32,000 nt of DNA from Aeropyrum pernix K1 (GTDB taxonomy: Archaea > Thermoproteota > Thermoprotei_A > Sulfolobales > Acidilobaceae): contig NC_000854.2 in NCBI RefSeq assembly GCF_000011125.1, positions 330,001-362,000 of the forward strand. Direction: 5' to 3'. How positions within the stretch are numbered: position 1 is the stretch's first letter; each line of letters opens with the position of its first letter. This document shows, in pieces, positions 6,775 through 14,880 of the stretch. A program made the position numbers and the translations under genes. Under the pieces are notes generated by a model. That model saw nothing but the letters and a program-made list of their open reading frames with translations. It was not told the DNA's origin and made no database searches.

Positions 6775-8289
6775 GTGGGCGTAATGAATGAATCCGGCAA
6801 GACCATCATGGTGGGGAAGCTACCCGTAGGCTTCAAGCCGGAAGCACCCCCACCTCCACCCCTCAAAAGCCTCATCATAGGACCCGCCATAATCACTCTG
6901 GGCCTAGCAATAGGCAGCGGCGAGCTGATCTTCTGGCCAATAATGTCTGCCAACATAGGTCCCGTCCTGCTGTGGGCGGCACTGATATCACTCATATTCC
7001 AGACACTCTGGACCCTCGAGATGGCAAGGTGGACAGTGTGGACGGGAGAACACTGGGTCCTGCAGATGGCGCGGCTCCACGGCCTCGTATCCGCCGCCGT
7101 ACTATGGGGGCTCTTCACGTTCCTCGCATGGGGCTTCGGAGGATGGGCTGCAGCCGGGGGTAGGTCGCTCTACGTTCTCACAGGCGGACCGGGCGAGGAG
7201 AGCTTTGCAACGGTGTTCTGGGCAATAATACTGTTTCTAATAGTCTGGATCGTAGCCCTGCTTGCAGGGGTCGTCAGGGAGTGGGTGGAGTACATACTCA
7301 CCTTCAAGATGCTGATAATCTGGATAATGCTGCTGGTCAGCCTTGCAGTCGTGAGCAGCGTGGACGTCTGGGCCGACGTAATAAGAGGCACTTTCATCCC
7401 GTCATGGCCCTCAGAGGCTATCCCGGAGAAAGTGCCCTACTTCACCCTGGCGTCGGCGATAGCCTTCATCGGTGCGGGAGGCACGACCAACATGTGGTAC
7501 AGCTTCTGGGTGAGGGACGCAGGCTATGGGATGGGGGTGTACATAGGACGCATACCAGGCTATCTACGCGGTAGGCCCACTCAACTAGAGATTGTAGGCT
7601 ACCTGCCGGAGCCAACCCAGGAGAACCTCAGCAGGCTGAGCGAGTGGTGGTCGAGAGTCAGGAGCGTGTTCTGGCTCATATTCTTCCTCCTAAACTTCCT
7701 GACAGCAGTGTTCTTCGTAACCCTAGTCTACTCGGGTAAGAAGAACTTGGGTATAGAGACGGAGGGTGTCGGAGGGGTCGAGGTTATAGAGCTTCAGGCT
7801 AACATTGTAGCGGAGGCCTTCGGCTCCACAATAATGTCCGGTATATTCCTTATAGTGGCGGCCGTCCTCCTCTTCGGAACACAGCTCAGCGTCACAGAGG
7901 GTGTTGCAAGGCAGATAGCAGACTCGGCGTACGTGGCCATCGAGGGGTTCAGACGGGTCTTCAGGAACGACATTAGAACAGCATACTTCGCCGTGATAAC
8001 GCTATTCGTAATATGGAGCAGCCTTTGGATCTCACTCATAAACCTGGCTGGCATCAGGCCTGTGCTCCTACTCCAGCTACCTGCCAACATAAACCTGCTG
8101 TTCCAGATAATATCGATACCGCTAACACTATACTTCATCTACTTCGTAGCAGGCAAGAGCCTCCCGAAGGAGATCTGGAACGCCATGAAACCGCATCCAA
8201 TAGTACCCCTGCTACTTGTGCTAGCTATGCTCTACTGGGGCTTCTTCGCCACTCTAGGCTGGATGGAGAGATTCGGCCTGCTAGGCTAA
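6775..8289 (+). CDS. Nramp-fold (APC/LeuT-like) membrane transporter with non-canonical TM1 and TM6 motifs
   Basis: About 11-12 hydrophobic segments. GPAIITLGLAIGSGELIFWP and IGAGGTTNMWYSFWVRD align by eye with Nramp TM1 and TM6. The start is either GTG 6775 or ATG 6784. Confidence 0.75.
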   Translation: MGVMNESGKTIMVGKLPVGFKPEAPPPPPLKSLIIGPAIITLGLAIGSGELIFWPIMSANIGPVLLWAALISLIFQTLWTLEMARWTVWTGEHWVLQMARLHGLVSAAVLWGLFTFLAWGFGGWAAAGGRSLYVLTGGPGEESFATVFWAIILFLIVWIVALLAGVVREWVEYILTFKMLIIWIMLLVSLAVVSSVDVWADVIRGTFIPSWPSEAIPEKVPYFTLASAIAFIGAGGTTNMWYSFWVRDAGYGMGVYIGRIPGYLRGRPTQLEIVGYLPEPTQENLSRLSEWWSRVRSVFWLIFFLLNFLTAVFFVTLVYSGKKNLGIETEGVGGVEVIELQANIVAEAFGSTIMSGIFLIVAAVLLFGTQLSVTEGVARQIADSAYVAIEGFRRVFRNDIRTAYFAVITLFVIWSSLWISLINLAGIRPVLLLQLPANINLLFQIISIPLTLYFIYFVAGKSLPKEIWNAMKPHPIVPLLLVLAMLYWGFFATLGWMERFGLLG

Positions 8290-8335
8290 AGAACTAGAGA
8301 AACGGTAAAAAATAGCAGCGCATCCCAAACACGCG

Positions 8336-8349
8336 TTTTTCCCCTTTTT
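8336..8349 (+). terminator. Two oligo-T tracts (T5 cccc T5) downstream of the transporter gene
   Basis: Archaeal intrinsic termination uses oligo-T tracts. These tracts lie 47-60 nt after the stop codon. Confidence 0.4.
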
Positions 8350-8420
8350 CTACCTCCTGGCATTCATCCTCTGCTATACTACATAGCCTCTGCGTGAGTA
8401 GGAAATGCTCTCCGCAGACG

Positions 8421-9857
8421 TCACTCAGCCGCTACAACCTTCCCGGGGTTAAGTATGCCCTTAGGGTCGAACACCCTCTTTATGCCAGCCATTATTTCCA
8501 GAGCCTTAACAGAGCCCATTCTTTCCAGCTCAAGCCTCAGCGCCTCCTTCTTAAGGACGCCTATGCCGTGCTCCGCGCTTACTGTGCCTCCCAGCTCTAT
8601 GGCCATCCTCATCACGTCGTAATACCACTTTAGCGCGGCCTCCTTGGCCTTCTCGTCGTCCACCGGATAGCTTATCGTCGGGTGTAGGTTGCCGTCGCCT
8701 ATGTGCCCTCCTAGAACGGTTTTGAATCCGTACTTTGCCTCAAGCTCCTTTAGCCTCTCAACCGCGTCGAGCAGCTTTGAGGGGGGTACCGCTATGTCCT
8801 CCATGAGCATCATGACCTTCCTCCCTTTAAACTGCTTCTGTGTGAGTAGAGCCTGGGTTGCAAAGAGGCTCCTCCTTATCTCCAGAAGCTTCTTCTCCTC
8901 CGCCTCCTCCATACTCTTGGCTGTATAGACAGAAGCGGCGCCCGCTGCCTTTGCTATTGACACCATCTCCTCCAAAACCCTGGTGGAAGCTTCCCTGTTA
9001 ACAGGGACGCCGACCAGCAGCATGTGGCCGTCTGGCCTGATCGCTGCGCCCAGGGTTTCGGCGGCGAGTCTCGCCGAGTCGACGTCCATGAACTCCATCA
9101 GTAGAGTGTCGATGGCCCTCGACTTTACCTCTATGACCGCGTCCACCAGCTGTCTCAGGGTGGGGAAGAATGCCAGGACCACGACAACGTTCTCCGGCAT
9201 GGGCGTGATCTTAAGTATAGCCTCAGTTACTATCGCCAGGGTCCCCTCGCTCCCCACTATAAGCCTAGCCAGGTCGTAGCCCTGTCTACACTTGAGTGTT
9301 CTACAGCCCACCCTGAGTATAGTGCCCTCCTCGTCTGGCAGCACTATCTCGAGCCCCAAGACCCAGTCCCTCATCGTCCCGTAGCGCGCCCCCCTCATCC
9401 CCCCCGCTCCAGTGTTTATGGCGCCGCCCACAGTGGCGACTTTAACGCTACCCGGGTCTATCGGGAACATGTAGCGGTATTTAGAGAGCTCGACGTTCAA
9501 GTCCCAAAGCCTGACCCCAGGCTCCACTACAGCTACAGAGTCTAGCACGCTGACCTCCCGCACACGCCGCATCCTCTCCATAGACACTACTACTCCCGGC
9601 CTCTCGGGGAAGGCGCCCCCCGCCAGGTCCGTGGAGGAGCCCTGGGGGTAGATGTAAACCTCCCTACTGTAGGCGTACCTCACCAGCCTAGACACGTCCT
9701 GGGCTGACTCGGGGAAGACGACAGCCTCCGCCCGGCCCTCCAGGCCGCTAGGCTCCCTCGAGTAGAGCCTCACTATGTGGGGGTCTGAGACCACCTTCTC
9801 CGGGCCGAAAATCTTCTCAAGCTCCTCAGCTATACGAGCCACAGGACCACCCTCCAA
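8421..9857 (-). CDS. FAD-linked oxidase (GlcD / D-lactate dehydrogenase family)
   Basis: An N-terminal PCMH-type FAD-binding domain (PQGSSTDLAGGA) and a C-terminal FAD-oxidase domain (GGTVSAEHGIG, FDPKGILNPGK). TTG start. Confidence 0.9.
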   Translation of the reverse strand: MEGGPVARIAEELEKIFGPEKVVSDPHIVRLYSREPSGLEGRAEAVVFPESAQDVSRLVRYAYSREVYIYPQGSSTDLAGGAFPERPGVVVSMERMRRVREVSVLDSVAVVEPGVRLWDLNVELSKYRYMFPIDPGSVKVATVGGAINTGAGGMRGARYGTMRDWVLGLEIVLPDEEGTILRVGCRTLKCRQGYDLARLIVGSEGTLAIVTEAILKITPMPENVVVVLAFFPTLRQLVDAVIEVKSRAIDTLLMEFMDVDSARLAAETLGAAIRPDGHMLLVGVPVNREASTRVLEEMVSIAKAAGAASVYTAKSMEEAEEKKLLEIRRSLFATQALLTQKQFKGRKVMMLMEDIAVPPSKLLDAVERLKELEAKYGFKTVLGGHIGDGNLHPTISYPVDDEKAKEAALKWYYDVMRMAIELGGTVSAEHGIGVLKKEALRLELERMGSVKALEIMAGIKRVFDPKGILNPGKVVAAE

Positions 9858-9916
9858 ACCCTAAGTAATAATATAATCCAGAACCCCCTATGGATAAGCC
9901 TTAGAATCAGCTGAGC

Positions 9917-9994
9917 TGGTGGGGCCGCGGGGATTTGAACCCCGGACCACGGGGTCCCAAGCCCCGCATCCTAGCCAGGCTAGACGACGGCCCC
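9917..9994 (-). tRNA. tRNA-Pro (anticodon UGG), CCA encoded
   Basis: Acceptor GGGGCCG/CGGCCCC, anticodon stem CGGGG/CCCCG, loop CTTGGGA, T-loop TTCAAAT. Confidence 0.9.
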
Positions 9995-10000
9995 ACAAAC

Positions 10001-10125
10001 TGGCGCCGGGGGCGGGATTCGAACCCGCGCGCCCCTCGCGGGGCAACGGGTCTCTCGTGCGGCGGCGCGGAAACCCCTGTTGCCGACCTCGAGCCCGCCG
10101 CCTTGGGCCGCTCGGCCACCCCGGC
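10001..10125 (-). tRNA. tRNA-Ser (anticodon CGA) with a canonical-position intron of about 36 nt, CCA encoded
   Basis: Acceptor GCCGGGG/CCCCGGC and discriminator G. Long variable arm GCCCC-GCGA-GGGGC. T-arm GCGGG-TTCGAAT-CCCGC. Anticodon stem GCGGG/CCCGT, interrupted after CTCGAG. It lies 6 nt from tRNA-Pro. Confidence 0.8.
10052..10087 (-). other. Predicted tRNA-Ser intron (37/38 position)
   Basis: Removing this segment restores a 7-nt anticodon loop CTCGAGA and a 5-bp anticodon stem. The boundaries were placed by eye and could be off by 1-2 nt. Confidence 0.55.
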
Positions 10126-10208
10126 ACCTCCTCGCCCTCTGGCCCATCTAAAAATCCTAAATGTAATTGGGGTTTTAATCCCTTGGCCTCGCCTCCCTAG
10201 TTTGGGGT

Positions 10209-10775
10209 GTGGCGAGAGTGGTTTCTAGGAGGGGTGTGGCCTCTTCCCTTAGGGTCCTGCTGGATAGGGGTTTCAGGTTCACTATTATAGGTGGCACCGT
10301 TGTTGAGTACGCTCTCGGAAGCAGGGATCTGGGCGATGATGTTGATCTATTTGGGGAGGAGCCTCCACCGCTGCTGGAGGAGGAGTATTACGGTGTGGCC
10401 CACGAGCTCGGGTGGTCCTCCGGCCAGACGTGGCTCGGGACTCCTAGGCTCATAGCTAGGGCGGGAGGAGAGGAAGTCCCCCTCGAGTTCTTCGACAACG
10501 TCCACGACTTCTACGTCCCGGAGCCTATGCTGGAGAGGGCGGAGAGGGTGGTTATGGATGGTGTGAGGGTTAAGATGGTGCTTCTCGAGGACCACATAGT
10601 TTTGAAGGCTCATGCAGGGAGGGGCAGCGATATAGAGAGGCTGAAGGAGATTGGAAGATATGTAAAGAGGGGCCGCCTACGTGTTAGTAGGGATCTCGTC
10701 AGGGAGGCTGTAGAGTTTTTCGGAGACGAGGCGCCAGTACTGTTGAGGAGGCTTAGAGAGGCTGGCCTGCTATGA
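10209..10775 (+). CDS. Nucleotidyltransferase-fold protein (MNT/DUF6036-like)
   Basis: The IIGGTVVEYALGSRDLGDDVDLF motif fits the GG..a..yG..R.t.DvDl pattern of minimal nucleotidyltransferases. GTG start. The stop overlaps the pyk start in ATGA. Confidence 0.55.
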   Translation: MARVVSRRGVASSLRVLLDRGFRFTIIGGTVVEYALGSRDLGDDVDLFGEEPPPLLEEEYYGVAHELGWSSGQTWLGTPRLIARAGGEEVPLEFFDNVHDFYVPEPMLERAERVVMDGVRVKMVLLEDHIVLKAHAGRGSDIERLKEIGRYVKRGRLRVSRDLVREAVEFFGDEAPVLLRRLREAGLL

Positions 10776-12148
10776 GGGGGCCTGTCAAGATAGTCGCCAC
10801 GGTAGGGCCATCATCATCCTCTGCCTCCATACTAGCACAGATGCTCAGCCTAGGAGTTGATGTGGCTAGGATAAACGCCAGCCACGGGGGTGTAGAGCAG
10901 TGGAATAGCATGCTGGAGTCGCTTAGGAGGGCTGAGGAGGCTGTCGGGAAGAGGGTCGGAGTGGCTGTCGACCTAGAGGGCCCTAGGGTTAGGACTGGTA
11001 ACAGCGAGCCTGTTAAGCTGGAGAAGGGTGATCTCGTTACACTAGGCTTCATGGAGGGCGACGTGCCGGTTGACGCCAGACAGTTTTTCGAAACAATAGA
11101 CGAGGGCGATATAGTGCTTCTCGACGACGGGAAGATAATCCTCCAGGTGGAGTCTGTGGAGGGGTTCCGGGTTAAAGCCAGGGTTCTAGAGGGTGGAGTG
11201 CTAGGGCCTAGGAAGGGCGTGGTTGTTAGAGGTAAGGAGCCCGATCTCCCGCCACTCTCGGCTAAGGATAGGAGGGCGCTCGAGTTCTTCGCTGACAAGG
11301 GGGTCAGCCACGTCTATGTGAGCTTCGCCCGCAGTGCTGAACATGTTGAGAAGGTTCGTACCGTGGTGAGAAGGCTCGGACTGAGGCAGGCCAGGATTTT
11401 CGCCAAGATAGAGGGGCCTAGCGGCGTGTCTAGGATAGGAGAGATTGCTGAGGCCAGCGATGGCGTGATAATAGCTAGAGGAGACCTCGGGATGCACTAC
11501 AGCCTAGAGGAGCTCCCGGAGATTCAGGAGCTTATAGTATGGGAGGCTAGGAAGAGGTACAAGACTGTTGTGCTAGCCACGGAGTTCCTGTCAAGCATGA
11601 TCGAGAAGCCGGTCCCCACTAGAAGCGAGGTAGTCGATATATACCAGGCGGTGCTTCAGACGGCGGACGCGCTCATGCTGACGGGTGAGACTGCCATAGG
11701 CAAGTACCCCGTCAAGTCTGTACAGTGGATGGCAAAGATATCCTCCCGAGCCTACAAAAAGCTGGCGACTAGCCCCCCGGAGAGGCCCAGGCCCACGTCG
11801 ACCCCCTACAAGCTAGCATTGGGGCTTGTAGAGCTGGCGGAGAGCCTCGACTCCCCTCTAGTCGTCTACAGTAAGACCGGCAGGTTCGCCGAGAGGCTTG
11901 CAAGCTTCAAGCCGCTCAAAACCTTCTACGTGGGGGTGCCCAGCCGTGAGGTGGAGAGGGTTGTCAGACACCTCTGGGGGGCTGAGCCCATAGTTGTGGG
12001 CGATTATCCCTACGAAGCGGGCCTCGCCAAGACCTATGAGAAGCTTCGTAGAGAGAACATTATACACGGTGATGAAACCGTGGTTGAGGCGGCCTGGAGC
12101 AGCGAGAGGGGAATATACATAATCAGAGTTAGGAACCTGGAGTTCTAG
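10772..12148 (+). CDS. pyk: Pyruvate kinase
   Basis: KIVATVGP, ARINASHG, DLEGPRVRTG, IIARGDLG and LTGETAIGKYP motifs. Confidence 0.95.
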   Translation: MRGPVKIVATVGPSSSSASILAQMLSLGVDVARINASHGGVEQWNSMLESLRRAEEAVGKRVGVAVDLEGPRVRTGNSEPVKLEKGDLVTLGFMEGDVPVDARQFFETIDEGDIVLLDDGKIILQVESVEGFRVKARVLEGGVLGPRKGVVVRGKEPDLPPLSAKDRRALEFFADKGVSHVYVSFARSAEHVEKVRTVVRRLGLRQARIFAKIEGPSGVSRIGEIAEASDGVIIARGDLGMHYSLEELPEIQELIVWEARKRYKTVVLATEFLSSMIEKPVPTRSEVVDIYQAVLQTADALMLTGETAIGKYPVKSVQWMAKISSRAYKKLATSPPERPRPTSTPYKLALGLVELAESLDSPLVVYSKTGRFAERLASFKPLKTFYVGVPSREVERVVRHLWGAEPIVVGDYPYEAGLAKTYEKLRRENIIHGDETVVEAAWSSERGIYIIRVRNLEF

Positions 12149-12834
12149 CCGCTCCTGTCTGAAAGCCTGTAGCCTCCATCAACCCTCTCCAGCACGCCTT
12201 TCTCGACAAGCCTCTCCAATGCCAGCTTCCAGTAGAAGCCTAGGCTCCCGGGTTCTATACCGTAGAACTCTTTGAAAGCCTCTTCGAGCTTCTCGGGCGC
12301 CACCGCCTTGCCCCGGAGGTCCTCGTGCTCCCTGAAGAGCCTAGTTATAAACTGCATGGTATCCTCCAGACGCGTCCACGGGTACTGGAACCAGGCCCAC
12401 TCCCTAACCTCCATGTAGTAGTAGTCCGGCTTGAACTTGGCGACACTGCTTATCCACTGAAGCGCAGCAACCCTAAGCTCCCCTGGCTTCCACTCCTTCT
12501 CTATGAACTCTTTAGCCAGGAGCAGGGTATCGCCCGTGTCAACTATATCGTCCACCAAGAGAGCCTTCAAGCCGCTCAGGTCAACGCGGTAGGGGAACTT
12601 CAGTATAGCCTTCTCAGCCATCCTAGCCGCCTCCACCCAGTGCTGGCTCTGTATACTCAGGAGGTTAGTCACGTCGAGGAAGTCGCAGAGCAGACGGGCG
12701 GGCACGAAGCCACCCCTAGACACAGCAATAACAACGTCGGGCTCGTAACCGCTCTCTCTGATCATGTTGGAAAGGCCAAGGCTCCACTCGACAATATCGC
12801 TCCAGTCTACAAGCTTAACGGGCACCCTAGCCAA
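12145..12834 (-). CDS. Purine phosphoribosyltransferase with a C-terminal extension of about 70 aa
   Basis: PRPP-binding loop ALLVDDIVDTGDTL and VIAVSRGGFVPARLL. The C-terminal tail (WKLALERLVEKGVLERVDGGYRL) looks like a winged helix. Confidence 0.8.
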   Translation of the reverse strand: MARVPVKLVDWSDIVEWSLGLSNMIRESGYEPDVVIAVSRGGFVPARLLCDFLDVTNLLSIQSQHWVEAARMAEKAILKFPYRVDLSGLKALLVDDIVDTGDTLLLAKEFIEKEWKPGELRVAALQWISSVAKFKPDYYYMEVREWAWFQYPWTRLEDTMQFITRLFREHEDLRGKAVAPEKLEEAFKEFYGIEPGSLGFYWKLALERLVEKGVLERVDGGYRLSDRSG

Positions 12835-12952
12835 CTCCAGGCCACCAGGTGGAAACTGGCCTCTCGAACTTTAAAATAAGTGTGCTGCAGGATTTTAGAT
12901 TAGCATGTATACTCAGAGAGTCTAATCACCACCGCCTGGCTACACTATAGTT

Positions 12953-13795
12953 ATGGAGGTAGCCGCTGTGGATAGCCTAGAAGCCCTATATAAAATGGTG
13001 GCTAAGCTTTACAGGAGACTCTCGGCCAGCGCCAGGAAGAGGCTTCTCGAGGGGGTGGAGCTCGCTGCTGAAAAGGGCGATCCAGCCCTAGCCTACCACA
13101 GGCTATCCACACTAGCCCGAGACTATTACGGCGACTCTCTGCCCTACGCTAGCGACGGCTACTATAAGACTTATAAGCACACTCGATGTGTGGGTCTGCC
13201 TGAGCCCACTAAGGTTTCGGGCGTCGACGTGCTGGAGGCTATACGCAGGAGGAGGAGCAGGAGGAGCTTCTCACGGCGGCCCCTAACACTCACAGAGGTT
13301 TCAACGATACTATTCCACGTAGCAGGCATAACAGGCCTGGCATGGTGGGGAGGTCCTAAGAGGCCCTACCCGAGCGCGGGTGCTCTGCAGCCTGTTGAGG
13401 CCTACCTGGTTGTGGAGAGGGTGGAGGGCCTTAAGCCGGGGCTCTACCATTACAACCCCTCCGGGCACTGTCTCGAGATGTTGAGGGAGGGTAAGCTGCT
13501 GGGCAGGCTCGCCGACGTGAGCCTGGGTCAGGACCACGTGGCCGAGGCTGCGGCGGCCCTAGTACTGACAGCCGTCTACACCAGGACAGGCTCCAAGTAC
13601 GGACACCGCAGCTACAGGTATGTCCACTGGGACACGGGATTCGCAGGAGAAAACGTCTACCTAGTCTGCGAAGCCCTAGGCCTGGCTACAGTCGCTGTTG
13701 GAGCATTCTACGACGACGAGATGTGCGGCTTCCTCGAGATAGACTGCCCCTGGGAGATGCCTATGCTGGTGTTCCCCGTCGGAGCCAGAGGTTAG
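12953..13795 (+). CDS. SagB-type dehydrogenase / nitroreductase-fold protein
   Basis: VLEAIRRRRSRRSF, PYPSAGALQPVEAYLVV and GLYHYNP are typical of the SagB/ThcOx subfamily. Confidence 0.75.
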   Translation: MEVAAVDSLEALYKMVAKLYRRLSASARKRLLEGVELAAEKGDPALAYHRLSTLARDYYGDSLPYASDGYYKTYKHTRCVGLPEPTKVSGVDVLEAIRRRRSRRSFSRRPLTLTEVSTILFHVAGITGLAWWGGPKRPYPSAGALQPVEAYLVVERVEGLKPGLYHYNPSGHCLEMLREGKLLGRLADVSLGQDHVAEAAAALVLTAVYTRTGSKYGHRSYRYVHWDTGFAGENVYLVCEALGLATVAVGAFYDDEMCGFLEIDCPWEMPMLVFPVGARG

Positions 13796-13820
13796 GGTTT
13801 ACCGGGGAGGTGCTGCTAGC

Positions 13821-14771
13821 CTAGCCTAGAAGCTCTCTGAATATGGACTCCCGCACCGAGGCTGACAATGCCTCGGCAAACTCACTATATTTATCCCCCT
13901 GTAACGCCTCACCTACCTCAACCGTACGGCCAATTACAAGCGTGTCAACCATATCAGCCCTCCACAGGTCGACGATAGACATTCTCCTCTTGACTCCTCC
14001 ACCCTGCATACCGGCCTCTAGAGATAACAGGCTAGCCACGTCCCCTATGCTGGAGGCCGGGGGTGAAACGCTCAGCTCGCTCCCCAATACAAGCGTTTTA
14101 ACGCTAAGCTCCCTAGCAAGGGCTAATGCCGCAGCGCTTCCAGCGTCCACCACAATACCTTCGCGTGCGAAGCCGTAGAGGGAAGTTACGATAGAATGGG
14201 AGTCCTCGACTAGCCAGTAGACCGCCGAGTCTGGGGCATAGTAGGACTTTAACCTCCTCCTTCTAGCGGCTCTAACGAGGAGTCGCCCCCTCTTAGCCGG
14301 GGACGCCTCGAGGACATACACCTCCACACCCCCTATGGTGAGGGTTTTTGTGATGAAGTCCTCGAGGATACTGGAGAAGCCGACGATGAGTATCCTGTCA
14401 GCGTTTCTAACCTCCTCGACAGCCTTGGCTGCGGCCTCGAGCCTGCTCCTCCTATCTAGCTCAACAAACTTCTCGAACACGCCGGGCACGTCAACGTTAG
14501 CCTCTCCTCTGGACTCCAGGATCTTCAAAGCCAAGGAGAGGGCGTGGTACAGCTGCCCGGGTGCTGTGAACCTGTTTAACGCCTCCCTTAGGCTAGCTAT
14601 TAGACTCTCAGCGGTGCGGGGATCCCTTAAACCCCTCTTGACTCTCCCTCCCAGAAACTCGGCTATAGACTCGATGGTATAGTCTAGCCCGCCGGGCAGA
14701 GTCTCTCTCACTATCCTGGCTACCTCGCCTGCAACGTCGTCCCGCGTTCTTTTAAAGAAAAACGCGCCCAA
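13821..14771 (-). CDS. eIF-2B alpha/beta/delta-like (IF-2B family) protein, divergent
   Basis: Rossmann-like core ILIVGFSSILEDF...VYVLEASP...GFAREGIVVDAGSAAALALARELSVKTLVLG aligns loosely by eye with the IF-2B family. Confidence 0.5.
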   Translation of the reverse strand: MGAFFFKRTRDDVAGEVARIVRETLPGGLDYTIESIAEFLGGRVKRGLRDPRTAESLIASLREALNRFTAPGQLYHALSLALKILESRGEANVDVPGVFEKFVELDRRSRLEAAAKAVEEVRNADRILIVGFSSILEDFITKTLTIGGVEVYVLEASPAKRGRLLVRAARRRRLKSYYAPDSAVYWLVEDSHSIVTSLYGFAREGIVVDAGSAAALALARELSVKTLVLGSELSVSPPASSIGDVASLLSLEAGMQGGGVKRRMSIVDLWRADMVDTLVIGRTVEVGEALQGDKYSEFAEALSASVRESIFRELLG

Positions 14772-14840
14772 GCCGCCCTACACCACAGCCCGGCTTCATA
14801 CATGAGTGTGGAAAGCCTAAAGATAATCCTATAATTCCGG

Positions 14841-14860
14841 GTTAATATTAATAGTATAGT
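14841..14860 (+). promoter_or_regulatory. TATA-like box (gttaatattaatagtatagt) 25-35 nt upstream of the rnhB start
   Basis: AT-rich block positioned as expected for a leaderless or short-leader transcript. Confidence 0.4.
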
Positions 14861-14880
14861 TTGGCAGGCGGAGAGGATAA

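Noticed and set aside
9888-10228. Four ORFs of 70-97 aa spanning 9888-10228 on both strands
   Set aside because: They are translations through the tRNA-Pro and tRNA-Ser genes. Their Pro/Arg/Gly-rich composition reflects the GC-rich tRNA stems.
10753-11298. Long antisense ORFs inside well-supported genes (for example 10753-11298, 15776-16297, 25994-26557, 12325-12879, 4304-4702, 22652-23002)
   Set aside because: Stop codons are depleted in high-GC DNA, which generates such shadow ORFs. All give low-complexity Ser/Pro/Leu/Arg-rich translations and are nested in genes with clear family motifs.
12845-12866. ORB-like string CCACCAGGTGGAAACTGGCC upstream of the PRTase gene
   Set aside because: It has an extra base relative to the ORB core (CCAGGTGGAAAC versus TCCAGTGGAAAC) and no G-string. 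It is better described as a small CCACC-A-GGTGG palindrome, and there is no adjacent AT-rich unwinding tract.
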